From positions 101,248,001 through 101,312,000 of the forward strand of contig NC_086107.1 of assembly GCF_963921235.1 (NCBI RefSeq): a stretch of 64,000 bases of DNA. Direction: 5' to 3'. Below, piece after piece: positions 1 through 10,879 of this stretch; the first letter of the stretch is position 1, and the number at the start of each line of letters is the position of its first letter. This stretch comes from Mobula hypostoma. Its lineage: Eukaryota. The notes under the pieces were generated by a model. That model saw only the letters and a program-made list of their open reading frames with translations. It had not been told where the DNA came from and did not search any database. A program made the position numbers and the translations under genes.

Positions 1-154
1 ACAGGTGTAATTAATAGAGTCTTTGTTTGCTTTCTTTTGTTTGCCGCTGATGAGTAGTCTCTGGGTTTCACCAGTGCTGTGTTAAACCAGAACCCATCCT
101 AGCCTAACCCAGTCTGTCCTCCCCCACACTCCAATCCACACCCCCCCCATTTTT

Positions 155-310
155 ATCTACTGGGGGCAATTTACAGCAGCCAACTGACCTACCGACCCTC
201 CCGTCTTTGGGATGTGGAAATTAACCAGAGCACCCAGGGTAAACCCACGTGGGTCACAGGCAGAGCGTGCAGACTCCACACAGAGAGCCTGGCGCTGTGA
301 GGCAAGGGTC
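155..310 (-). mobile_element. V-SINE (HE1-like) fragment
   Basis: Reverse complement matches the V-SINE core (GTGTGGAGTCTGCACGCTCT...TGGGTTT...GTGCTCTGGTT...CCACATCCCAAAGAC), as in the fuller copy at 43433. Confidence 0.65.
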
Positions 311-479
311 TTACCAGTTCCTGTCAGACCTTTGGAGATCCACATAAACATACACCATGGACCCCCTCCTGCAGCTTTCTAAAACCTTCGCCCACAGAGC
401 AAAAACATTGTATATTGAACCCTGGAGCTGTTAGTGCCCCAGTGGGTGCGCTGACAGTCCGATGTCAGTGGCTCTCTCA

Positions 480-1150
480 GGATTCAAGATTCAACATTGT
501 TTAATGTCATTTCCAGTGCACAAGTGTAAAGGAGAACAAAATAATTGTTACTCCAGATCTGATGCAGCCCAAAAAAAAACACAATAATAATTTTAAAATC
601 ATAATAAATATAAATACATAAGATAGCTTATATACATAAATTGATTGTATGTCCATAAAGGTTCAGGAGTGTCTGTTAATGTAAGGTGACTGAAATGATA
701 GTGCTGGTGGTGGTGGTTGGGGTGTGGAGGTGTGTGTTAGTGGGTGGTGGTGTTGATTGGCCTTACTGCTTCGGGATAGTAACTGTTTTTGAGACTGGTG
801 GTCCTGGCGTGGATGCTACGTAGCCTCCTCCCTGATGAGAGGGGGAAGAAAAGTCCATGGGATCCTTCATGATGCTACTGGTCTGCTTTTTGGCACCTTT
901 CTCTATCTCTGTGTGCCCTCGATGGCGGGTAGGCCGGTTCCCGTGATGCTGTGACTACCCGTTGTAAAGCCTGCTAGTCTCCAAACCCTGCAAGTGATGC
1001 GGCTTGTTAGGGCGCTCTCTACTGGGCACCTGCAGAATGACATGCCGATGGAATGTGCAGAGCTGAGCTCTCGTCAGCCTCCCCAGAAAGCCGATGCACT
1101 GGCGAGCTTTCTTCGCTGTGAAGGACGTGTTCCGGGACCATGAGATGTGC
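480..1150 (-). mobile_element. Decayed Rex1/Babar-like LINE 3' fragment
   Basis: Short-repeat tail (ATTAAA...TTGAATCTTGAA on minus) and similarity to the other Rex1-like 3' ends in the window. Confidence 0.55.
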
Positions 1151-1814
1151 ACGTCCAGGTGGAGGCAAAGGTCAGGAGGAGAACATGCAGACTCCGCGCA
1201 GACAGCACCTGAGGTCAGGATTGAACTACCAGCTGCGCCACTGAGTCTCCCAAGGCCACTAAGAAATCCAGCAGGGAACTCGGGCAGAAAGTCCCTTGAT
1301 CAGAGAGGGATTGGGAACATGGAGCTCACCCCTATCGGAAGTGGTTGAAGGAAGGAACAACGACTTATGTAAGGGGAAGCTGAGGGAGGAGCCCCTGTGT
1401 CCGCCAGGACTGGTTGGGCCAGATGGCCTGATTCTGTCTCGGGGGCTGATGGGCAAGGGAGAGAGGGTGGGTTGTAGGGGAATTGGGGGCTACTCTGAAA
1501 GCTGGCATGACTCGACGGGCTGAATGGCTGCCTTCCATGTTGTGAGGAGTTGTGTCCGACTGGGTGCAGGGCCAGTCACCACCGTCGGCTGCCTGGGGGG
1601 ATTGGCAGGCAGGGAGCTGTACAGGAAAGCTGACTATCACATTGACCACGGCAAGGCCCCGCAAACCGATCTGATAAACCACCCGCTGTCGGACATGAGA
1701 TAAGTATGAACAGGACACTGCGGAGACTTGTCACTGCTCTTCGAGGCAGACCTTGAAGGTTCTTGGATTTTCCTCTCCTCCCTTCTCATTGCACAGTTAG
1801 AGTGGGGGGGGGGG

Positions 1815-2285
1815 TGCCAGGCAGGGTGGTGGAATGCTCCTCCTGCAGGATCTCTGAAAACTACGTCTGTCAGAAGTGCATCCAACTGCAGTTACTTATA
1901 GACTCTGTGCTGGAGCCGGATGAAATCCGGATCATTTAGGAGGCTGAGGGGTTGGTCGACAGGGCCTACGGAGAGGTAGTAACGTCCAAGGTGCAGTCAG
2001 GATGGGGAACTGCCAGTGTAGAGTATCCTGGTGGCCATCCCCCTCAACAACAGGTACACCAGTTTGGACCCATTTGGTGGTGGTGGGGAGGGGTGGGGAA
2101 GCTGGAATAACCTAGCAGAGGAAAGTTTCAGGCTCTGTGGCTCAGAAAAGAAGAGGGAAGCCGTAGAGATAGGGGATTCATTGCTTAGGGGAACAGACAG
2201 GAGGTTCTATGGACGAGAACAAGATTCTCAAATGGTATGCTGCCTCCTGTGTGCCAGGGTCAGGGACTTCTCAGATCAAGTCTTT
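1815..2285 (+). mobile_element. CR1 LINE ORF1 relic (zinc finger/coiled coil + SGNH esterase)
   Basis: Translates across frameshifts to VECSSCR...YVCQKCIQLQLL...IPLNNRY...VEIGDSLLRGTDRRF...VCCL, typical of CR1 ORF1p. Confidence 0.75.
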
Positions 2286-2479
2286 CTTTTTTCCAAAAAA
2301 AAATAGCTTTTACATTTTGTTTTTTTTTATTATTATTGATATATGGTTTAACTTGGTTGATAGTTTAACTCTTATTGTACATATTGATAAGTCGACTCGA
2401 TTACTTCAATGTATTTTTTGTTGTTGTTGATTTTCAATAATGATTAATAAAAAGATTTAAAAAGAAAAAGGAAAAATGT

Positions 2480-2930
2480 AAATAAGATTGAATGGGGACA
2501 GAAGATTCTCAAGGACATTGCCAGGTCTTGAGGACCTGAGTTATGTCGAAAGGTTGACGAGGTTGTGACTTTATTCCTTATTTGACAGAGGCATACAAAA
2601 TTATGAGGGGTGTAGAGAGGTAAATGTAAGCAGGCTTTCCCCACTGGGGTTGGGAGATACTAGAAATAGAGGTCATAGGTTAAGGGTGACAGGTGGAATG
2701 TTTAAGGGGAGCATGGGGGGGGCTTCTTCACTCAGGGGGTGGCGTGAGTGTGGAACGAACTGCTGGTGGATGCAGGTTGGATTTCAACATTTAAGAGAAG
2801 TTTGGACAGGTACACAGAAGGGAGAGATGTGGAGGGCTATGGTCCAGGTGCAGGTCGATGGGACTAGGCAGATACATATTTCGGTCAAAGGGCCTATATT
2901 TGCACCATAGTGTTCTAAGACTCTGTGACT
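2480..2930 (+). mobile_element. CR1 LINE 3' end fragment
   Basis: TRNRGHRLRV-type C-terminus followed by a CR1-type 3' tail (GGGCCT...GTGTTCTAAGACTCT). Confidence 0.65.
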
Positions 2931-3124
2931 ATAACTAGACACAAATTCATACCCTCCAGGGCAACATTGATCACTACCCTGCTCTGCCTTAGAAATGCAC
3001 AGCTAACACCTCAGGGCACTATACAGATAACACCAACGTTTTCTCTGCAAATTGTTCCAAATACATTGGAAGGTTAAGTGAACCAACATCAGCATCCTCT
3101 CCGAGGGCAACATCCTCAGTTGTA

Positions 3125-3243
3125 AACAGGAGAAAATCTGCAGACGCTGGAAATCCAAGCAACACATGCACAAAATGCTGGTGGAACGCAGCAGGCTAGG
3201 CAGCATCTATAGGAAGAGGTACAGTCGACGTTTCGGGCCGAGA
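3125..3243 (-). mobile_element. Penelope-like pLTR mini-insertion with 11-bp TSD, inside an old RTE fragment
   Basis: CCTCAGTTGTA at 3114-3124 and 3244-3254; the insert matches the terminal part of the Penelope element at 47055-48612. Confidence 0.8.
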
Positions 3244-3661
3244 CCTCAGTTGTAGTCGGCTACGTGGGCCAGCTCACAGCACTAGATCCCTAAAACAGAA
3301 ACACTAATCCAAGCCCCAACACGGCACAAAGTTACCGGGTGGACAAGGATGTATGCATGGACTCGGAAAAAATTACATCATTCCCTCACATCACAGAGAA
3401 TCCCTTCCCCATGCGTACTCAGAGCTGGGAAGGATTACTCAGGATGGTTTTGAGAACTGACTGCATGCATCAGCAGCACAGAGTGAGCAGCTGAAGGAGA
3501 TTAATCGCTCAGCACAGACAAGATGGGCTGAAGAGCCTATTTCTTCTCTGCAGTGTTCTATGACTCCATGACCCTCGATGTTCCTCTGATAGCATGGCAT
3601 TCTGACAGTGCCTAGACTTGGCCCCACAATCTCCTGATGTAGAGGCATCAGTTGCTTCCCC

Positions 3662-5197
3662 ACTGAACTACAGTGAGCTAGTCACTCCACCCAGGACTGA
3701 ACTACAGTGAGTTAGTCACTCTACCCAGGACTGAACTACAGTGAGCTAGTCACTCCACCCAGGAGTGAACTACAGTGAGCTAGTCACTCCACCCAGGACT
3801 GAACTACAGTGAGTTAGTCACTCTACCCAGGACTGAACTACAGTGAGCTAGTCACTCCACCCAGGAGTGAACTACAGTGAGCTAGTCACTCCACCCAGCA
3901 GTGAACTACAGTGAGCTAGTCACTCTACCCAGGACTGAACTACAGTGAGCTAGTCACTCCACCCAGGACTGAACTACAGTGAGTTAGTCACTCCACCCAG
4001 GACTGAACTACAGTGAGCTAGTCACTCCACCCAGGAGTGAACTACAGTGAGCTAGTCACACCACCCAGGACTGAACTACAGTGAGCTAGTCACTCCACCC
4101 AGCAGTGAACTACAGTGAGCTAGTCACTCTACCCAGGACTGAACTACAGTGAGCTAGTCACTCCACCCAGGACTGAACTACAGTGAGTTAGTCACTCCAC
4201 CCAGGAGTGAACTACAGTGAGCTAGTCACACCACCCAGGACTGAACTACAGTGAGCTAGTCACTCCACCCAGGACTGAACTACAGTGAGTTAGTCACTCC
4301 ACCCAGGAGTGAACTACAGTGAGCTAGTCACACCACCCAGGACTGAACTACAGTGAGCTAGTCACTCCACCCAGGAGTGAACTACAGTGAGCTAGTCACA
4401 CCACCCAGGACTGAACTACAGTGAGCTAGTCACTCCACCCAGGAGTGAACTACAGTGAGCTAGTCACTCCACCCAGGAGTGAACTACAGTGAGCTAGTCA
4501 CACCACCCAGGACTGAACTACAGTGAGCTAGTCACTCCACCCAGGAGTGAACTACAGTGAGCTAGTCACTCCACCCAGGACTGAACTACAGTGAGTTAGT
4601 CACTCTACCCAGGACTGAACTACAGTGAGCTAGTCACTCCACCCAGGACTGAACTACAGTGAGTTAGTCACTCTACCCAGGACTGAACTACAGTGAGCTA
4701 GTCACTCCACCCAGGACTGAACTACAGTGAGCTAGTCACTCCACCCAGGAGTGAACTACAGTGAGCTAGTCACTCCACCCAGGACTGAACTACAGTGAGC
4801 TAGTCACTCCACCCAGGACTGAACTACAGTGAGTTAGTCACTCCACCCAGGACTGAACTACAGTGAGCTAGTCACTCCACCCAGGACTGAACTACAGTGA
4901 GTTAGTCACTCCACCCAGGAGTGAACTACAGTGAGCTAGTCACTCCACCCAGGACTGAACTACAGTGAGCTAGTCACTCCACCCAGGACTGAACTACAGT
5001 GAGCTAGTCACTCCACCCAGGACTGAACTACAGTGAGCTAGTCACTCCACCCAGGAGTGAACTACAGTGAGCTAGTCACTCCACCCAGGACTGAACTACA
5101 GTGAGCTAGTCACTCCACCCAGGACTGAACTACAGTGAGCTAGTCACTCTACTCAGGAGTGAACTACAGTGAGTTAGTCACTCCACCCAGGAGTGAA
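3662..5197. repeat. 34-bp minisatellite, ~45 copies
   Basis: Unit ACTGAACTACAGTGAGCTAGTCACTCCACCCAGG, head to tail with a few recurrent variants and no spacers. Confidence 0.97.
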
Positions 5198-5358
5198 GGG
5201 GAGACTTTGAGTTTCTTCTCTTTGGATGCGTCTCTCCCCCTCCACCTGTCACAGAAATTTTCCCGAAAGGCCGTTGTTCACTGCACCCATTCAGCATATG
5301 AACTTGGTGCTGCTTTCCTTAAATGAGGCCCCACAAAATTATAGGTAATTAGTCATAC

Positions 5359-5670
5359 GTGGGCATGTGGCCAAGTGGTTAAGGCATTGAACTAGCGACC
5401 TGAAGGTCATGAGTTCGAGCCCCAGCAGAGGGAACGTGTTGTGTCCTTGAGCAAGGCACTTAATCAAACATTGCTCTGCGACGACACTGGTGCCAAGCTG
5501 TATCGGCCCTTCCCCTTCCCTTGGACAACATTGGTGTTGTGGAGAGGGGAGACTTGCAGCATGGGCAACTGCCGGTCTTCCATACAACCTTGCCCAGGCC
5601 TGTGCCCTGGAGAGTGAAGACTTTCCAGGCGCAGATCCATGGTCTCGCAAGACTAACGGATGCCTTTATT
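5359..5670 (+). mobile_element. tRNA-derived SINE (CORE-like central domain)
   Basis: A box TGGCCAAGTGG, B box GAGTTCGAGCC, TGTGTCCTTGAGCAAGGCACTTAA core, (TTTA) tail; two further copies at ~45681 and ~53884. Confidence 0.85.
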
Positions 5671-5920
5671 TATTTATGGTCATAAAGTTGGCTGCAGCAG
5701 AAACCAGTGGGAGCTGAAGGAGATGACAGCCAGCTGCAATGAAGAAAACTTCCCCTATCTTGCTGTCCACTGACCTGAGAAGGACCTCGACTCTTAAAGG
5801 CACAGACCCCAGCAGCAGCCACTCACCCATAACACACAATATGGCTGCACTGGAGCCAGGGGCTGCAGAGGGGGAATGAGTGAGGAGAAGAATCAATGAA
5901 TAGTGACTCATCGATGTCCT

Positions 5921-6362
5921 AGTGAGTCAAGTTGGGTGGCGGGGAGGAGATACACCTCTAGCAAAGGAGGTGTGAGCTGCCCCTTCCCTCTGCTAGCCTG
6001 CGTGTCACCTTTGGGCAAGGTGTAGCATCTGCTTAGCCCCCCATCAGGGTCACGTGAAGCCATGGGAGCAGGTGGTGGACGGCAATATGAGCGGCTGGTG
6101 CACATCACAAGTCCTGGTTATGCGGCCACTGATGCCAGACAATCTCTGACGGGTATTGATAATGGCTGGGGTCCCATGTCTTGTAAAGACACTGCCCAGG
6201 AGAAGGCGATGGCAAACCACTTCTGCAGAAAAATTTGCCAAGAACAACCATGGTCAAAGACCATGATCGCCCATGCCATATGACATGGCACATAATGATG
6301 ATGTCATATGACATGGCACATAATGATGATGATGATGACATGGCACATAATGATGATGATGA
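5921..6362 (+). mobile_element. Non-autonomous RTE-related retroposon with (ATG)n/ATGACATGGCACATA tandem tail
   Basis: Contains GGAGAAGGCGATGGCAAACCACTTC (Bov-A/Sauria-like RTE motif); ends in triplicated ATGACATGGCACATAATGATG. Confidence 0.55.
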
Positions 6363-7360
6363 CTGTTGCAAGTATCTTGAAAGGTTGCATCATGGCCTCA
6401 TACATCAATTCCAATAAACGGGATTATGTGAGGCTGCAGATAAGTGAACACAGCATTGTCCTCACAGGGACTACTCTCCCCACCGCACCTCAGCACCTAC
6501 AGGACAGGAGACCTTGCCGGATGAAAGTGGCATCTATCATCAAGGGTCCCCATCATCCAGGCCTTGCCTCTTCTCACTGCTACTGTCAGGTAGGAGATAC
6601 AGAAGCCTGAAGTCCCACACCACCAGGTTCAGGAGCAGCTGCTTTCCTGCAACCCTCTGGTCCTTGAACTGACCTGCACAGCCCTAACCCAACCTTAGTA
6701 ACGGAAACTACAGACCAGCCTTTTATCTTCACTAACTCACTGGACCTATTATAACTAAATAATCTAATTTACATATAATTTGTTTGGTGGGTTGTTGTCT
6801 GAATGAATGTGCTGTGGACAAGTCTTACAACATACCTGTACCTCACTGTGCTTGTGCCCACGTCAATAATCTGGACTTGACTTCCCATGCAGAGAGCGGG
6901 CCAGGGGAGCCACCCCTCCCGTCTCAGAGAGACCCTGGGAAAGTAGCTCCAAATGATGCCTCCAGCTGTGAGAATTTTCAACACTCAGATACTAATTCTG
7001 CACCCTCGTAACATTTGTCGGGGTCTGAGAAAAGCTGGGGTGAGACGTCCCAGTAAGGGGATCAGGGATTCATACACGTGCTACAGGCAGTGCAGGTGCC
7101 CGTGTGATCTGTTGTTTTCTGATCGTCTCCATGCCTTGTGGTGCATTAGGTGGTAACCTTGCTGTGTCTTTAGCATTTGTCTGTTATTTTTCTGTACGAG
7201 GCCGAGGTGCTAGCTCGACACTCAACCCAGCACGGATTGAAAGTGAGCAAGGAGCTGGCTGGATTCGAACCTGGGACCACTCGCCTCGAATTCCGATGCA
7301 GATGCCACCACACCACTGGCCGGCTGTTGTGTTGAAAATGGGAGGAGTTATTAGTCACCT

Positions 7361-7792
7361 GGGCCACCTCAGCAAGTCCCTGGTGGAGATGGTCATCTGG
7401 ACACCTTCAGCAGGTCCCTGGTGGAGATGGTTATCTGGGCACCTTCAGCAGGTCCCTGGTGAAGATGGTCGTCTGGGCACCTTCAGCAGGTCCCTGGTGA
7501 AGATGGTCATCTGGGCACCTTCAGCAGGTCCCTGGTGAAGATGGTCGTCTGGGCACCTTCAGCAGGTCCCTGGTGAAGATGGTCATCTGGGCACCTTCAG
7601 CAAGTCCCTGGTGGAGATGGTCGTCTGGGCACCTTCAGCAGGTCCCTGGTGAAGATGGTCGTCTGGGCACCTTCAGCAGGTCCCTGGTGAAGATGGTCGT
7701 CTGGGCACCTTCAGCAGGTCCCTGGTGGAGATGGTCGTCTGGGCACCTTCAGCAGGTCCCTGGTGGGGATGGTCATCTGGGGAAGGTCCCTA
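7361..7792. repeat. 38-bp minisatellite, ~11 copies
   Basis: Unit GGGCACCTTCAGCAGGTCCCTGGTGAAGATGGTCGTCT; the 38-aa periodicity of overlapping ORFs confirms the period. Confidence 0.95.
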
Positions 7793-8829
7793 GGGAGCTC
7801 AGTCAATGTTAAGGGTTGTAATGGGGAGAGAGTTACCCTGTCACCATTGAGAACTTCTGCGTTTGCAGGCTCAAGGAAGCATCTCCAGACAGGAAGCCAT
7901 GCAGTCAAAGGACCCTTTCACTGGGGAATGAGACTGGTGATGTCCTTTCCAGCAGAAAGCCAGAGGTGGCGAAACCACACTTGTATGCAGTTCTTGTCAA
8001 CCAGCTCTTGAAAGGATGAATTAAGCTGGAAATGGTGCAGAAAGGATTCACAAGGATTCACAACTTGATAGGCTGAGTAGCTGGGATTTTTTGCTCTGGA
8101 GCACAAGAGATTAAGGGGTTAATAGTGAGCGGGATATAGGCTGTCCAGGTTGGTGGTACATACTGTATGTTCAGGCTTCTTCTGTCCAATGGGAGAGGGG
8201 AGAAGGGATAATGTCTGGGGTGGGTGGGGTGTTTGATTATGTTGTCTACTTTACGGGGGTAGTGAGAAGTATAGACAGATTCCAAGGAGGGGAGGCTGGT
8301 ATTCTGTGATGTGCCCACATCTCTGCAGTTTCTTGCAGGCACATGCAGTGCAGTTGCCATATCGGATGCTTTCGATAATGCATCAATAAAAATCACAGTC
8401 ACAGAGTTCACAATCTTTTTCCCATTGGAAGGAGAAGTCAAAAACTAGGGCGTAGGTTCATGGTGAGAGGAGAAATTTTTAGAGGGGGCCTTAGGGGCAA
8501 ATTTTTCACAGAGGGTGGTGGGTATAGTCTGCTAGAGGAAATGTTAAAGTTGGGTACAAACATTTAAAAGACACCATGGCAGGTTCATGGATAGAAAATA
8601 ATGTATTGGGATGATGGTCCAACACAGACAAATGTTCAAACTCTTGTACAACCTCGAAGTACTTATGTTCTGAAATGATCTGTATAGTTGGTTTACAAAA
8701 CAAAGATTTTCACTGTATCTCGGTACACGTGACATCATGAATCCATACCAATACTAAATGGCACTAGCCAATGTAGGCAACTTTGTTGACGTAGACAAGT
8801 TGGGCCGGAGGGCTTATTTCCATGAACCC

Positions 8830-9302
8830 TTTTGTTGTAGCCCATCCACTACAATGTTCGACATGTTGTGCATTCAGATATGCTCTTCTGCACGTCACTT
8901 TTTTTTGAGTTACTGTTGCCTTCCTGGAAGCTTGAACCAGTCAGGCCATTCCCCTCTGACCTCTCTCGTTAACAAGGTGTTTCACTCAGAGAACTGGCAC
9001 TCCCTGGATGTTTTTTTCTTTCTCACACCATTCTCTGTAAACTTTAGAGACTGCTGTTCATGAAAACCTCAGAAGATCAGTACTTTCTGAGATACTCTAA
9101 CCACCCCATCTGGCACCAACAATTGTTCCATGGTCAAAGTCACTTAGATCACGTTTCTTCCCCACTCTGATGTTTGGTCTGAATATCAACTGAACTACTT
9201 GACCATGTCTTCGTGCGTTTATGCACTGAGTTGCTGCCACATGTTTAGCTGATTAGATACTTCCATTAATGAACAGGTGTACAGGTGCACCTAATAAAGT
9301 GC
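8830..9302 (-). mobile_element. Tc1-like non-autonomous DNA transposon
   Basis: Reverse complement of the copies at 38586 and 62271; ends ...GTGCACCTAATAAAGTG (TIR). Confidence 0.75.
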
Positions 9303-9899
9303 ATGTCATGAAATGTGGAGTATAAGAGCAGTACAAGAAGTATTGCTCATGGGCGGCTTCATTGTCCATTCGGAAGTCCGATGGCGTAGGGCAAGAAGCT
9401 GTCCCTAAAAGGTTAACTGTGTGTCTTCAGGCTCCTGTATCTCTTCCATGATGGTACTAACAGAAGAGAGCATGTCCTGGGTGATGGGTGTCTGTAATGA
9501 TGAATGCCACCTTTTTGAGGCTTTCTTTTGAAAATGTCCTCGGTGATAGGGAGGATAGTGCCCATGATGGAGCTGGATGAATTTGCAAGCCTTTGCAGCT
9601 TTTCCTGATCCTGTGCAGTTCCCCCTCTCCCTGTTAGATGGTGATGGAACAGTCAGAATGTGCTCCATGGTACATCTATAGGAATTTGCTAGAGTCTTTG
9701 GTTATATACCTAATCTCCTAATGAAGCATAGCCGTTGATATGCCTTCTTTGTAATTGCTTCAATATGTTGGGCCTAGGATAGATCTTCAGAGATGTTGAC
9801 ACCCAGGAAATTGAGGCTGCTCTCCTGTTCCCCTGCTGATCTCTCAATGAGAACTGGTGAGCATTCCCCTTCCTGAAGAGCCCAATGATTCCTTGATTC

Positions 9900-10327
9900 C
9901 CAACAGAATCAACAAACTCATTCGTAAGGCCAGTGATGTTGTGGGGATGGAACTGGACTCTCTGATGGTGGTGTCTGAAAAGAGGATGCTGTCTAAGTTG
10001 CATGCCATCTTGGACAATGTCTCCCATCCACTACATAATGTACTGGGTGGGCACAGGAGTACATTCAGCCAGAGACTCATCCCACTGAGATGCAGCACAG
10101 AGTGTCATAGGAAGTCATTCCTGCCTGTGGCCATCAAACTTTACAACTCCTCCCTTGGAGGGTCAGACACCCTGAGCCAATAGGCTGGTCCTGGACTTAT
10201 TTCCTGGCATAATTTACATATTACTATTTAATTATTTATGGTTTTATTACTATTTATTATTTATGGTGCAAATGTAACTAAAACCAATTTCCCCCAGTAT
10301 CAATAAAGTATGACTATGACTATGACT
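9900..10327 (+). mobile_element. Young 5'-truncated Rex1/Babar LINE nested in an older minus-strand Rex1-like copy (~9320-10420)
   Basis: ORF NRINKLIRKAS...AIKLYNSS nearly identical to 14944-15801; AATAAAG(TATGAC)n tail; host sequence CCTGAAG|TCCACAATC resumes on both sides. Confidence 0.85.
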
Positions 10328-10879
10328 AAGTCCACAATCAATTCCTTGGTCTTACTGACATTGAATGCAAGGTTGTTGTGCGACACCACTCAACCAGCTG
10401 ATCTGTCTCACTCCTGTACGTCTCCTTCTGTGAAATTCCTCAGAAGCTCCTCTAATCGCAGTCTGGACACTGTCCACTTAGAGATGGAGTGGATATTGCT
10501 GTGCAACAATTCAAAGACTAACTATTATTTATGGCCTTGTTCAACCACATTAAAGCCCCTGAGACCATCAAACTAGAGACTGGTGAACACAAGGAGGCAT
10601 AATTTAAAGTGATTGGAGGAAAGTATAGAGGGGATGTCAAAAAATAAGGGTTTTTTTTTAAACACAGAGAGTGGAAGGTGCATGGAACACAGTGCCAGAG
10701 GTGGTGGTAGAGGCAGATACACTGTGGACATTTTAGGCACATGGATGATAGAAAAATGGATGGCTTTGCAGGAGGTTGGAATTAGGTTAATCTTAGAGAA
10801 GGTTAAAGGGTCGTCAAAACGTTGTGGGTTAAAGGACCTGTACTGTGCTATAATGTTCTATGAGTTGTGGACATCCTCA

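Noticed and set aside
3662..5197. CRISPR-like array (34-bp palindromic repeats)
   Set aside because: Units are directly adjacent with no unique spacers, there are no cas genes, and the context is vertebrate; it is a minisatellite.
5359..5432. tRNA genes at SINE heads (also 43433, ~45900, ~54120)
   Set aside because: A/B boxes are present but there is no proper cloverleaf, and each continues into a SINE body.
7104..7812. Repetitive ORFs (144 aa, 79 aa)
   Set aside because: Translation of the 38-bp minisatellite cycling through three frames.
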